64,000 nt of DNA from contig NC_068985.1 of the NCBI RefSeq assembly GCF_001194135.2, positions 122,665,164-122,729,163 on the forward strand, given 5' to 3'. Under the pieces are notes generated by a model, which was given only the letters and a program-made list of their open reading frames with translations, searched no databases and had not been told where the DNA came from. Position numbers and translations under genes: made by a program. The stretch's first letter is position 1. The number at the start of each line of letters is the position of its first letter. Origin of the DNA: Octopus bimaculoides (lineage: Eukaryota). Of this stretch, positions 35,617 through 47,241 are shown in pieces.

Positions 35617-37154
35617 CTATCATATACATGAGTGTGCATGCATATGGAGAGGAGAAAAAAATAATATGCATGAAAAATGGTAAGCATTTCCGCCATCTAA
35701 GTTGTAACAATTTTTTTCCGTCAGGAATCATTGTGCATCAGGAATACATGTGCAAAACGGAGCCCTAATATTTAAGCACTATTCAAGCATAATTAGGCTT
35801 ACCTATGGAGAAAATCAAGGCTGGCTGCCGACAAAGTTTTCTGCTTAAAAAAAAAAGAAAAAAAGGATTTTATCCTTTATATCTATACTGTTCAGTATCT
35901 ATGCGTTGAATAAAATTTATCTTTCTACTTGTTCTACAATACCAAAGTAAGTTATCCCCACTGACTATGCACTTTCGATTTTACATGAATGAAGGACAAC
36001 TCAGAATATTGAGACAAAGAGCATAACATATGTGCATTCTTGTCAGCAGTTGCCCAAACGGATATCCCTATGGTTCAAATACCTGGCAAGTTTGGTCATC
36101 TTTGATTGCATCAGTGGAGAGTCATACGACCGACTGGTATTACATCACTAGCAGTCATGCTCTAGTATATATACGTGTTTGTGTATGTGTGTATGTATAC
36201 ATACATGCAAATAGACTGCGAGTTGGCAAAGTAGAATTGCTTGCGATATATGTATTCTGGTTTTCTGCATTCCAAGTTCAAATGCTGTTGTAGTCAACTT
36301 TTGCCTTTCATAGTTTTCGGCAACGATAAATAAAGTATCAGTCAAGGATTGAAGCCAATCCTTCTCCACTCCATCTTTGGGAAGAAATAGAAATCGGTTG
36401 TGTTCAGAACTGGTAAGGGATGGGTTTCTCGGGTCGACTAATACATCTCAAGACATTAGTAAAATACATTTGAGAAGCCCGACCAGAGAATAACATCTTT
36501 ACTACAATGATATTACGCCGTTACATTACAATCATTACAATGGTTATTACATTGTCACACGCAATTATTGTGTCTACGTAATATCTTTGTAACAAAGATG
36601 TTATTGAAAATCAAGATCTTTACCTTAAATAAACGGAGGATGTTGACTTCTGTTTACATAGGAGTAAGACATTCAATTAAACAATGATGTGGCATGTTGC
36701 TGAATCTCATGCAACATATTTGAAATACATGAACAACAAAAGTGTATTAGAGCTCAAGGAGACAAATAACCAGCGATAAGCCTCGATGAAATGGAATCTT
36801 TATTCTCAGATGGAATGTCCTTATCGATTCTATATTGATTGCCGAAGGAGTAAACACAAAGTACATGCTTTACACGTTTGAGATCAAAATGTACTCCCCA
36901 CCACTAATGTTGATATAAACTTGTTACCATCGAGTAAACGAGAAAGCCTTAACGTGGTCGATGGACCTGTTAGAAATAGTATCTAAATTTTTCTCACCTC
37001 ATACCATACCGTTTCAAAATGTATGACATACAGTTTGCCTGATGTAGTCCAGGAAAGCAATGTTTAGGAAAAAAAACACAAAAAAAAAACAAGACGGTCA
37101 CAACTAGAACATATTTGATCATAGGTTTATTCCATCAAAGCTGACTTCTGACTA

Positions 37155-37293
<139 letters not shown>

Positions 37294-38175
37294 CATAATA
37301 TTGTAGTTGAAGTATGGTTTTTCGCTTGCTTCATAAATATTATTGTCTTTTCCTTCCGAGAGATTCTTAGTACCGATGTGAGAGGGCCGTGTCGAGACTT
37401 ATCATTTCATATAGGCACTGGACTTCAAATTTTGTGGGTAGGGACGGTCGATTAGAAGAGGAGCCTTAGTATTGGGTTGCTACTTCGTTTCAGCGCCCGC
37501 AGAACGATGACAAGTAAAGTAAACATTAGCGAAATTCGAATTCAGAGTGTCAAGTGCCTGGCCTCAAATATCACTAGGCATTCTGTCTGATGTTCTAACG
37601 GTTATGCTAATCCATCGTTGGGCTAATATTTTGTTTATGATGGTAGGAAACACTTAGGCTATTTGTTTGGAATGAATTCACTAGAGGAAACACCTGTACA
37701 GCGTAGATTGCATCAGTGAAGAGCCACACTTCAGACTGGTACTAAATCACTTAACAAACATGCTCTAACCTTCTACCCTTAGGCGTACTGTCTCTTCTCT
37801 TTATCTTTTCTACCGCTGCCACTATAATAGTCCCAACAGGAGTAGACCAGTAATAGTGTAAACAGGACATTGACAGCACCAATTTCGCTGGCCTCGAAGG
37901 GCTTGTAAAGACCGGGCGCAGACTAAGCAAAAGAAACAGTACAAAGAAAAAAAAAACAACAAAAAACAAAAAGCAAAATAAAGCAAAAATAAAACAAAAC
38001 ATAACCAGGAAGTGAAACAGGATTACATATCAAGAATTTGATTTTGCTGTGCGGTACACAACTAACAAGACTAAAAAATAAAATAGTTTATTTTGCTTTG
38101 CAAAATCAAATCTTTTAATCACACACACACACACACACCTATCTACCTATCTATCTATATATATACACACGTACG

Positions 38176-38215
<40 letters not shown>

Positions 38216-38563
38216 CTTATATGTATCCAATGGGTAAGCAGATGGTATTGTAAGCGAAGCGTGTAACATCAAAATTGAATTAATGCTCGAACTGGATAGA
38301 TTCTTAAAATCCTATCTCCCTATCAGGGTAGAAATAATTCCGTGAAACAAGATTTGGCTTGAAGAAATGTGTAGTTCGAGCGTGTAATAAAGAGATAAAT
38401 GGTAAATAAGCATGTAAGGCATTATATGATTTGTATCATTTATAATAAATACTTCAAAAAGGTAACCACTGAAATATTTCGCGAAGAAAATGTATTGTTG
38501 AAATTTTTGTACATCTGTTTAAGAAAACCCAGCGACTTTTGGGCATGCATACTGATGCAATGT

Positions 38564-38886
38564 GGATGCGCGTGGTTTAGTGGTTAGGGTGTTGGATTCA
38601 TGATCGTAAGACTATGGTTTCGATTCCATGAGGTGTGTTGCGTTGTGTTCTTGAGCAAAACCCTTTATTTCATGTTGTTCCAGTGCACTTAGCTGGTAAA
38701 AGTGAGTAACCTTGCGACGGACTGGCATCCCGTCCAGGGAGGAATGTATACGCCAGAGAAACTGGGAAACCAGCCTTATGCTCCTTACGGAGTATATTCC
38801 TTATGGAGTATATTCCTTATGGAGTATATTCCTTATGGAGTATATTCCTTATGGAGTATATTCCTTATGGAGTAATGTGGACTAAC
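38564..38886 (+). mobile_element. tRNA-derived SINE family D with a 16-bp minisatellite in its tail
   Basis: A box GCGTGGTTTAGTGGTTAG, B box GGTTTCGATTCC and body TTGCGACGGACTGGCATCCCGTCCAGGG. A 14-bp TSD CATACTGATGCAAT lies at 38548-38561 and 38887-38900. Confidence 0.8.
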
Positions 38887-38929
38887 CATACTGATGCAAT
38901 AATACACACCGAACAAGTGGACAGTATTA

Positions 38930-39331
38930 TGGCTGTGTGGTAAGTAGCTTGCTTACCAACCACATGGTCCCGGGTTCAGTCCCACTGCGTGGCATCTTGG
39001 GCAAATGTCTTCTACTATAGCCTCGGGCCGACCAAAGCCTTGTGAGTGGATTTGGTAGACGGAAACTGAAAGAAGCCCGTCGTATATATGCATATATATA
39101 TATATATATGTTTGTGTGTCTGTGTTTGTCCCCCCAACATCGCTTGACAACCGATGCTGGTGTGTTTACGTCCCCGTAACTTAGCGGTTCGGCAAAAAGA
39201 GACCGATACAATAAGTACTAGGCTTCCAAAGAATAAGTCCTGGGGTCGATTTGCTCGACTAAAGGCGGTGCTCCAGCATGGCCACAGTCAAATGACTGAA
39301 ACAAGTAAAAGAGTAAAAGAGTAAAAGAGTA
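38930..39331 (+). mobile_element. Young SINE family A copy
   Basis: Highly similar to 6231-6638, with a (GTAAAAGA)n tail. Confidence 0.9.
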
Positions 39332-39577
39332 TAAGCATGATGCTTATTTGATCAATGGAAATGTTGAGATGCCGAATTTTTGTCTTCAGAAGAAGTGGCA
39401 AAATGTTATTGTTTTTCTTAGTAGTAGACGTATATTTAAGGGCAAAGAAAAGATCGTTAAAAAGACAGAGGAAAAGTAGAATTAGCGATTGTAAGTTGGA
39501 AGGAGGTATAGAAAGAAAGATTGCGAGATCAAGAACGATATGGATCAAGTAAAAGTGTGTGTGCGTGTGTGTGAAAA

Positions 39578-39610
<33 letters not shown>

Positions 39611-39637
39611 GGGAGAGNNNNNNNNNNNNNNNNNNNN

Positions 39638-39694
<57 letters not shown>

Positions 39695-40794
39695 TATAAG
39701 CATAGAAAAAGGAAAGAAAAATAAATGAGAAACAATAAGTAGAGAAAGATGAAGGAGTTAAATCTAAGTTTGAGAAAAATATAGGATTTATTAAATGGAG
39801 GAAAAAGAAAAAAGAAAAAAGAAAAAGGAAAGGCATTCCCTGATAAGTGAGAGGCAGATGACCTTATGACGTCCTTAGTAGAGTATAAAGAACCAAGTGC
39901 AGAGACCAGACAAGGCAGGAGCCACAATAAAACTGTAAAGAAATACAAGACAAAGACAAGAAAATAATGAATAGGAAGATAAAATGAAGAATAAAATGTA
40001 AATTAGAAAATGTATAATGGAGGGACTATAAAAGAGATAATGACAACTATAAACAGTTTTAAAGACATTATCATAAAAATAAAGGTATGTCATAGTTCTA
40101 AGAGACTCAGTATCTACATATAAATAGGTGAAGAAAGATATATAAAATGTAGAATGAGGATATTAAGTAAAAATACAGGTTAATAGCTACCGAAGAGACG
40201 GTTGAAGCATATATTGATCTTTGGTAAAATGCAAACTTTAAAAAAAAAAAATCAATGTCTACAGAATATAATTGCTTCAGGTTGTCTCTTATGGAGATTT
40301 CTATTATTGCTTAATATTCTCAGAGATACCTTGTTGCGCAGATTGCATGCAATGCAGTCAGCTTTGTAAGGTCTTCCAATCCTAATAATAGATCAGGTAA
40401 TATTATAGGAAATGTTATTAGCCTCAAAGTTATGGATATAATTTACTAACTACGTGGGAGATTTGTGGATAATATTAGAAAATGAACTGGTATGAAGTAA
40501 GTGTCGTTTCTTGAAATCAGTGGAAGACCCAGTGAGTACTTTCGTTGAATTTTGGTGCCCAGTATGAGCAGCACATCTATAAAGGATATTCTATTGCAAG
40601 CAGTAACCACCAAAAGGGTAATTGTTAGGTACTCTAAAATTACAATTATTTGTGTCATGTGTTAAATTACCATTCCTATTCCACATAATATCAATTATAT
40701 TATCACTACTACTCATGCAATTATTATTGTTATGATTATTGTCATTGCTATTATTAATATTTACGTGAATAAGAAGTCTATGATTGTTTTACTA

Positions 40795-40828
<34 letters not shown>

Positions 40829-41026
40829 GTAGTAGTAGTAGTAATAGTGGTGCCGATGTTGATAGAATAATTCTTGGGTAAACTTTTATTTCTATAATTA
40901 TTTGTAATCTTACTTTCGAGTGTGGCCAGGCCATAATTTCGAGGGCTCTTAAAGCGAGATACGCAGCAGTTTCTATTAGTACGGTTAATATTGCTACTAC
41001 TTACAGACTTATTACAATTATTAGAC

Positions 41027-41183
41027 TATTCTGAAGAACATTCAGCATGTCCACGCTTCCAGCTCGATCATATTATCACGTTCACTTGTTAATAATTTCT
41101 ACTTGTATTAGTATGTACACTTATTTACTTAATACACATTATTAAATCAACAAATAGTTGCATTGTTGAAACAGCTGTAAAGA
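41027..41183 (+). ncRNA. Hammerhead motif with long stem II
   Basis: CTGAAGA (41031-41037), about 130 nt of irregular hairpin, then GAAA CAGCTG TA (41168-41179). Stems I and II are weakly paired. Confidence 0.6.
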
Positions 41184-41419
41184 AATTTCAAAGCTTATAT
41201 GTTTCTTCCCTAAATATACCTGTTGTTACGTTTATGTAACATCTTTTATTAATTATATAAATAATATAATGCCACATATACGTACTTTTCCATCCTATAT
41301 TTCTTTATTACACGAGCTCAACGCTTTTTATAGTCAGCACTTGTTTCGCGGAACTATTTACAAGGTTGGATTTTAATAATCTGGTCTAGTCCGAACACTA
41401 CTCAGGTATTCGGATCTTG

Positions 41420-41722
41420 TTCAAAACGGGGGCACCAGTATTTTCTTAACGAAACACTAACGAAACACTTTGAAACTTGGGACACTGGTAGAATGTGTCA
41501 TATAAAACATCTTTTACTCTTAGTCTTCTTAACAAAAAAAAGGAATTCGCAAGTTATTCCATGTTAAAGTTGTCGTATTTCTGTAATTTCAACCAATCAC
41601 TGACGTCTATTCAGCTGAATAGAGTTACTGCTGGGCGGTCATAAAAATGTTATTCCCTGTGACATATTTCATCAGGTTTAATCATAATTTATACGCATAT
41701 ATTGTTTATATAATAAATTACG
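41420..41722. mobile_element. Unclassified interspersed repeat end (DNA-transposon-like), runs into a gap
   Basis: GGGGGCACCAGTATTTTC start, duplicated TAACGAAACAC subrepeats and an internal CCAATCACTGACGT. The partner end is not visible. Confidence 0.3.
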
Positions 41723-42532
41723 NNNNNNNNNNNNNNNNNNNNNNNNNNNNNNNNNNNNNNNNNNNNNNNNNNNNNNNNNNNNNNNNNNNNNNNNNNNNNN
41801 NNNNNNNNNNNNNNNNNNNNNNNNNNNNNNNNNNNNNNNNNNNNNNNNNNNNNNNNNNNNNNNNNNNNNNNNNNNNNNNNNNNNNNNNNNNNNNNNNNNN
41901 NNNNNNNNNNNNNNNNNNNNNNNNNNNNNNNNNNNNNNNNNNNNNNNNNNNNNNNNNNNNNNNNNNNNNNNNNNNNNNNNNNNNNNNNNNNNNNNNNNNN
42001 NNNNNNNNNNNNNNNNNNNNNNNNNNNNNNNNNNNNNNNNNNNNNNNNNNNNNNNNNNNNNNNNNNNNNNNNNNNNNNNNNNNNNNNNNNNNNNNNNNNN
42101 NNNNNNNNNNNNNNNNNNNNNNNNNNNNNNNNNNNNNNNNNNNNNNNNNNNNNNNNNNNNNNNNNNNNNNNNNNNNNNNNNNNNNNNNNNNNNNNNNNNN
42201 NNNNNNNNNNNNNNNNNNNNNNNNNNNNNNNNNNNNNNNNNNNNNNNNNNNNNNNNNNNNNNNNNNNNNNNNNNNNNNNNNNNNNNNNNNNNNNNNNNNN
42301 NNNNNNNNNNNNNNNNNNNNNNNNNNNNNNNNNNNNNNNNNNNNNNNNNNNNNNNNNNNNNNNNNNNNNNNNNNNNNNNNNNNNNNNNNNNNNNNNNNNN
42401 NNNNNNNNNNNNNNNNNNNNNNNNNNNNNNNNNNNNNNNNNNNNNNNNNNNNNNNNNNNNNNNNNNNNNNNNNNNNNNNNNNNNNNNNNNNNNNNNNNNN
42501 NNNNNNNNNNNNNNNNNNNNNNNNNNNNNNNN

Positions 42533-42569
<37 letters not shown>

Positions 42570-43634
42570 TATGTATATCTCTAAATATATGACGTGTGTG
42601 TATATATGTACGCGTGTATACTTACGTAAATATATGTATATATGTATGTATACACCCCTCTCTCTATATTTCTTTTCTTTCTTTCTTCCTTCCTTCCTTC
42701 CTTCCTTCCTTCCTTCCTTTCTTTTTCTGTCTTTCTGTCTGTCTGTCTCTCTGTATGTATATATATTTGAGTACACACGCGCATACACACACGCACACAC
42801 ACACATGCACACACACACATGCACACACACACATGCACACACACACACAAACGCGCACACGCACGCACACACACATCTCATACAAGTGCTGGAATTGAAT
42901 CTATAGAAATGCGCCTAGAACCAAAGCCAGCGCCCAAATCCCCGCCTCCGCCATATTTCATAAGATTCTGTATCAGATTGATATCTCGGTAACGTTAATT
43001 TGCTTATTAAAATCGCAAGATGTGAATCGTATGCAGCAATAAGATTTTGGTCTTTACATCTGCAACAGCAGATCTGTTATTTATTCATTTATTTATCTAT
43101 TTATTTTGTCGTTGATAATAGTAATCGTAGCGTTTATGGCAGCTTGCATAGCAATGATAATAGTAGTGTTGTTGGTGGTGTTGGTTGAGTTGTTCAAATA
43201 CAAGCGCTGAACATGTCATGGTAATTAATGCCAACAAAATACAAGGAGACATACCGTAGAAAATCGCTAATAAAAAGCAAAAAAAAAACAAAAACAAAAA
43301 AAAACGAAGAAAAACATACAAAACCCCCTACTCCAATAACAAACAAATGAAGTAAAAACCAATTTCGTCTGACGCTACACAGTATTATAAGATAATCTAT
43401 GAAGATATTTGTGGATATGATAAATTTTATCTGTTATCCTGAACCAATTAAACTCGTATCTATTACATCTATTACATTTGGTAGGCAGCAAACATATTCT
43501 TTATTTTTCTCCATTAAAACTATAATTCAATAAANNNNNNNNNNNNNNNNNNNNNNNNNNNNNNNNNNNNNNNNNNNNNNNNNNNNNNNNNNNNNNNNNN
43601 NNNNNNNNNNNNNNNNNNNNNNNNNNNNNNNNNN

Positions 43635-43665
<31 letters not shown>

Positions 43666-43936
43666 AGAGTTATGGAACCTCAGAAGTGGTTAAATCCAGG
43701 TGAGGTATACACTCCAGCTACTCTTCAGGTCAGGGCTACATTGTCGCAAGGAGGTACATATTGACGCAAAAATGATTCAATCAGAATATCAGCTCATCCT
43801 TCATCGATAAAGAGAAAAAATCCGCAACCTTCCGTCTCAACAAACCAGTATTGTTCTTGAAAGTTGTTTTTTTTATATACACTACGGATTGCTCGAAGCC
43901 AACTTTCTTCCTACACCTCGATCCTTGGATCTTCCA

Positions 43937-43977
<41 letters not shown>

Positions 43978-44036
43978 GTTTGTGTGTGTGTGTGTGTGTG
44001 CGTGCGCGTGAGTATGTATGTATATATGTATGTATG

Positions 44037-44102
<66 letters not shown>

Positions 44103-44431
44103 CTCCAAGAAAGTTAGGGGAACATGTAGGTACCAGGGAACATGTAGGTACGGGAATGCTTATATACACATATGTGTATGTATGTATGTGTGGGTGGGTG
44201 GGTATATATATGTGTCCTTATGTATAATAACAATAACAATTGACTCATTGGTGTGCATGTATGGACGTTTACGTATGTACATTTAAATGTATTTATGTTT
44301 ATTAATTTATGTATATCTATATATGTCAAAGTATGCATGCATATGCATATATATGTGAGTTTTTATGATTTTTATATGTTTGTTTATGTTTATATTTGTA
44401 TATTGTAAATTAGCTTCATGAACTTTGTAAA

Positions 44432-44562
44432 TCTCTGAAGAGGCCTAGCGAATCATACATGTTACCTCTATTTCATCCATTTCATCTATCAATTACTCCA
44501 GCTTACTGGAGTTATATAGATAGAATGAGGCTTGTCACTTCTAGGCCGAAACAGCTGTAAGA
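44432..44562 (+). ncRNA. Hammerhead motif with intact core and long stem II
   Basis: UCU-CUGAAGA-GGCCUAG[~92 nt hairpin]CUAGGCC-GAA-ACAG CUGU-A-AGA, with a GUA triplet at 44557-44559. Confidence 0.85.
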
Positions 44563-44743
44563 CATTGTCCCTTCTTCGGTCACTAGATGTCCTTCTTAAT
44601 TTTTAATTACTGATATGACATATGTCATATGTGTTTGTATATATTTTTATTGTCCTCTTAGTTGAAAAATAACAGGTAAATTGACATAATACAATGTCTG
44701 CAAGTTGATGAGTACCACATATTCCCCTCCATTTTCTTATTGC

Positions 44744-44775
<32 letters not shown>

Positions 44776-45657
44776 CATATAACTTGAGGATATAATTATT
44801 AAAAGGATTATATCAGTAGCTAGCGTACAAAATAAACACCATATCGGTAAAATTAATTTTTAAGTATCTATNNNNNNNNNNNNNNNNNNNNNNNNNNNNN
44901 NNNNNNNNNNNNNNNNNNNNNNNNNNNNNNNNNNNNNNNNNNNNNNNNNNNNNNNNNNNNNNNNNNNNNNNNNNNNNNNNNNNNNNNNNNNNNNNNNNNN
45001 NNNNNNNNNNNNNNNNNNNNNNNNNNNNNNNNNNNNNNNNNNNNNNNNNNNNNNNNNNNNNNNNNNNNNNNNNNNNNNNNNNNNNNNNNNNNNNNNNNNN
45101 NNNNNNNNNNNNNNNNNNNNNNNNNNNNNNNNNNNNNNNNNNNNNNNNNNNNNNNNNNNNNNNNNNNNNNNNNNNNNNNNNNNNNNNNNNNNNNNNNNNN
45201 NNNNNNNNNNNNNNNNNNNNNNNNNNNNNNNNNNNNNNNNNNNNNNNNNNNNNNNNNNNNNNNNNNNNNNNNNNNNNNNNNNNNNNNNNNNNNNNNNNNN
45301 NNNNNNNNNNNNNNNNNNNNNNNNNNNNNNNNNNNNNNNNNNNNNNNNNNNNNNNNNNNNNNNNNNNNNNNNNNNNNNNNNNNNNNNNNNNNNNNNNNNN
45401 NNNNNNNNNNNNNNNNNNNNNNNNNNNNNNNNNNNNNNNNNNNNNNNNNNNNNNNNNNNNNNNNNNNNNNNNNNNNNNNNNNNNNNNNNNNNNNNNNNNN
45501 NNNNNNNNNNNNNNNNNNNNNNNNNNNNNNNNNNNNNNNNNNNNNNNNNNNNNNNNNNNNNNNNNNNNNNNNNNNNNNNNNNNNNNNNNNNNNNNNNNNN
45601 NNNNNNNNNNNNNNNNNNNNNNNNNNNNNNNNNNNNNNNNNNNNNNNNNNNNNNNNN

Positions 45658-46155
45658 GTGCAAAAGGGGATGACGTCTTTATTCCAAGAATTCCTCTTAC
45701 TCCATCAGGAGCAGACATTCCTTTTACATTCAGAAGACTACAATTCCCCCTTTGTGTGACTTTTGCCATGTCCATAAACAAATATCAGGGTCAAACATGG
45801 TCTGTAGCTGGTCTTCTCTTGGAAGAGCCCTGCTTCTGACATGGACAACTGTATGTTGGCTGCTCAAGAGTGGGCAGCAACAAGAAACCTATTTGTATAT
45901 GCTCCACAAGGGAAAACAAGGAACATAGTTTACAATGAGGTGTTATAATCACAACAGTAAGAAAGTATGTACATGATCACCTTTTACGAAACTTCATTGA
46001 CTTTCATATATTTATATTGATATACATATATATACGTGTGTTTGGGTGCGTGTGTGTATATACATCTCTATATATAAAGATGATGCGTAGTCTAGACGGC
46101 GTTTTTAGATTTCATTATTCTCTTTAACCCGGGCAACGCCGGGTATTTCTGCTAG
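45658..46155 (+). mobile_element. Helitron 3' end with Pif1-type helicase C-terminus
   Basis: AKGDDVFIPRIPLTPSGADIPFTFRRLQFPLCVTFAMSINKYQGQT...PCF*HGQLYVGCSRVG. Subterminal hairpin ACCCGG-GCAACG-CCGGGT (46127-46144) and CTAG|T terminus at 46155. Confidence 0.93.
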
Positions 46156-46332
46156 TATAATTATAAAAATATAATAATAATTAAGGTCGTTGGAATGCCA
46201 ACGCCTATACGCTAGAAGTAGTTGTCAAATGTTTACAAGCCACTCTAAATTTGTTCTCGATTTCAACACAAGGCTGAATGCGAGGTAATAGGCAAGAAGA
46301 TTCCATGATGGAGAAAAGACAGACAGATAGAT

Positions 46333-46405
<73 letters not shown>

Positions 46406-47002
46406 CACATTTAAGAAATGTCGCTTGATTTTTCTCTTTAATATGAATAGTAAAGATGTAGCTTTTCAGTTTTGCTAGTAACCTACACTTTTTTGCACAG
46501 ATGTGGTAACGATTCACGTCTCTTACAGCAGGTGTTCAGAAAGCTTAACATCTACTCTAACACATTCCTTTTTTCCATCATGGAAATTTTCATTGAGGTT
46601 TTTAATTTCTTTTTTGCCATCTTTGGCTACGGCTTGGCATAATATGCAACATGTAATAGAAACGTTAAAGAGCAAACGATGCCACTGCTTGATGCTTCTT
46701 AATTGAGGAAAGTCCTTACAGAGGGCCAATTCCTAGAGTGTACATTAACGAATGCAAACAAAATGGTAGGTGTTACATCAGAGTTTTTCTTGTTAAAAGA
46801 TTTCTAAACAAAGACTAAGGGGTTCCTGGCTCCCAGGTGTTTGATGGCCATTCATTCTACTGAGTTCATCTACCCGGTGACAGGTTTTTGTCTTCTTGTC
46901 CAGCAGGTTGTCCAAAGAAAAGCCATACGAAAGATTGCCGTACGAAAGATTGTATTGAGTAACATGATGCCAGTAGAACTAAAGTATACACACGCACATA
47001 TA

Positions 47003-47241
47003 CAGGGTTGGCCAAAACTCACCTGACAGTGAATCAAGATCATTTAATTCCAAGATTAAAACAAAAACCTTATTTTATATGAGACTTCGCTAATAAATAG
47101 TCAAATATTGAAAACAAAACCGTGATTTTAACTCACAGTATTCAATTATTAAACATTCATAATTGGCATGAATAAATAAAATTGAATATTAAGTATTTAT
47201 GGAATTTTGACTTATTGTCGGCTGCCTTTTGGCCAACCCTA
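47003..47241. mobile_element. 239-bp Tc1/mariner-type MITE
   Basis: TA|CAGGGTTGGCCAAAA at the left end and TTTTGGCCAACCCTA|TA at the right end, with no coding capacity. Confidence 0.85.

Noticed and set aside
37779-37922. Assignment of the peptide to VMA21 or PGAP2
   Set aside because: The resemblance is superficial, with spacing off by one and key residues missing.
38783-38874. CRISPR-like palindromic repeats
   Set aside because: The units are directly adjacent with no spacers, there are no cas genes, and the context is eukaryotic. The same applies to the 116-bp array.
43097-43321. ORF resembling a neuropeptide precursor (MSPCILLALITMTCSA...KR...)
   Set aside because: It is built largely from low-complexity CAA/TAC repeats, has no recognisable peptide family, and its ATG overlaps a better-looking splice donor.
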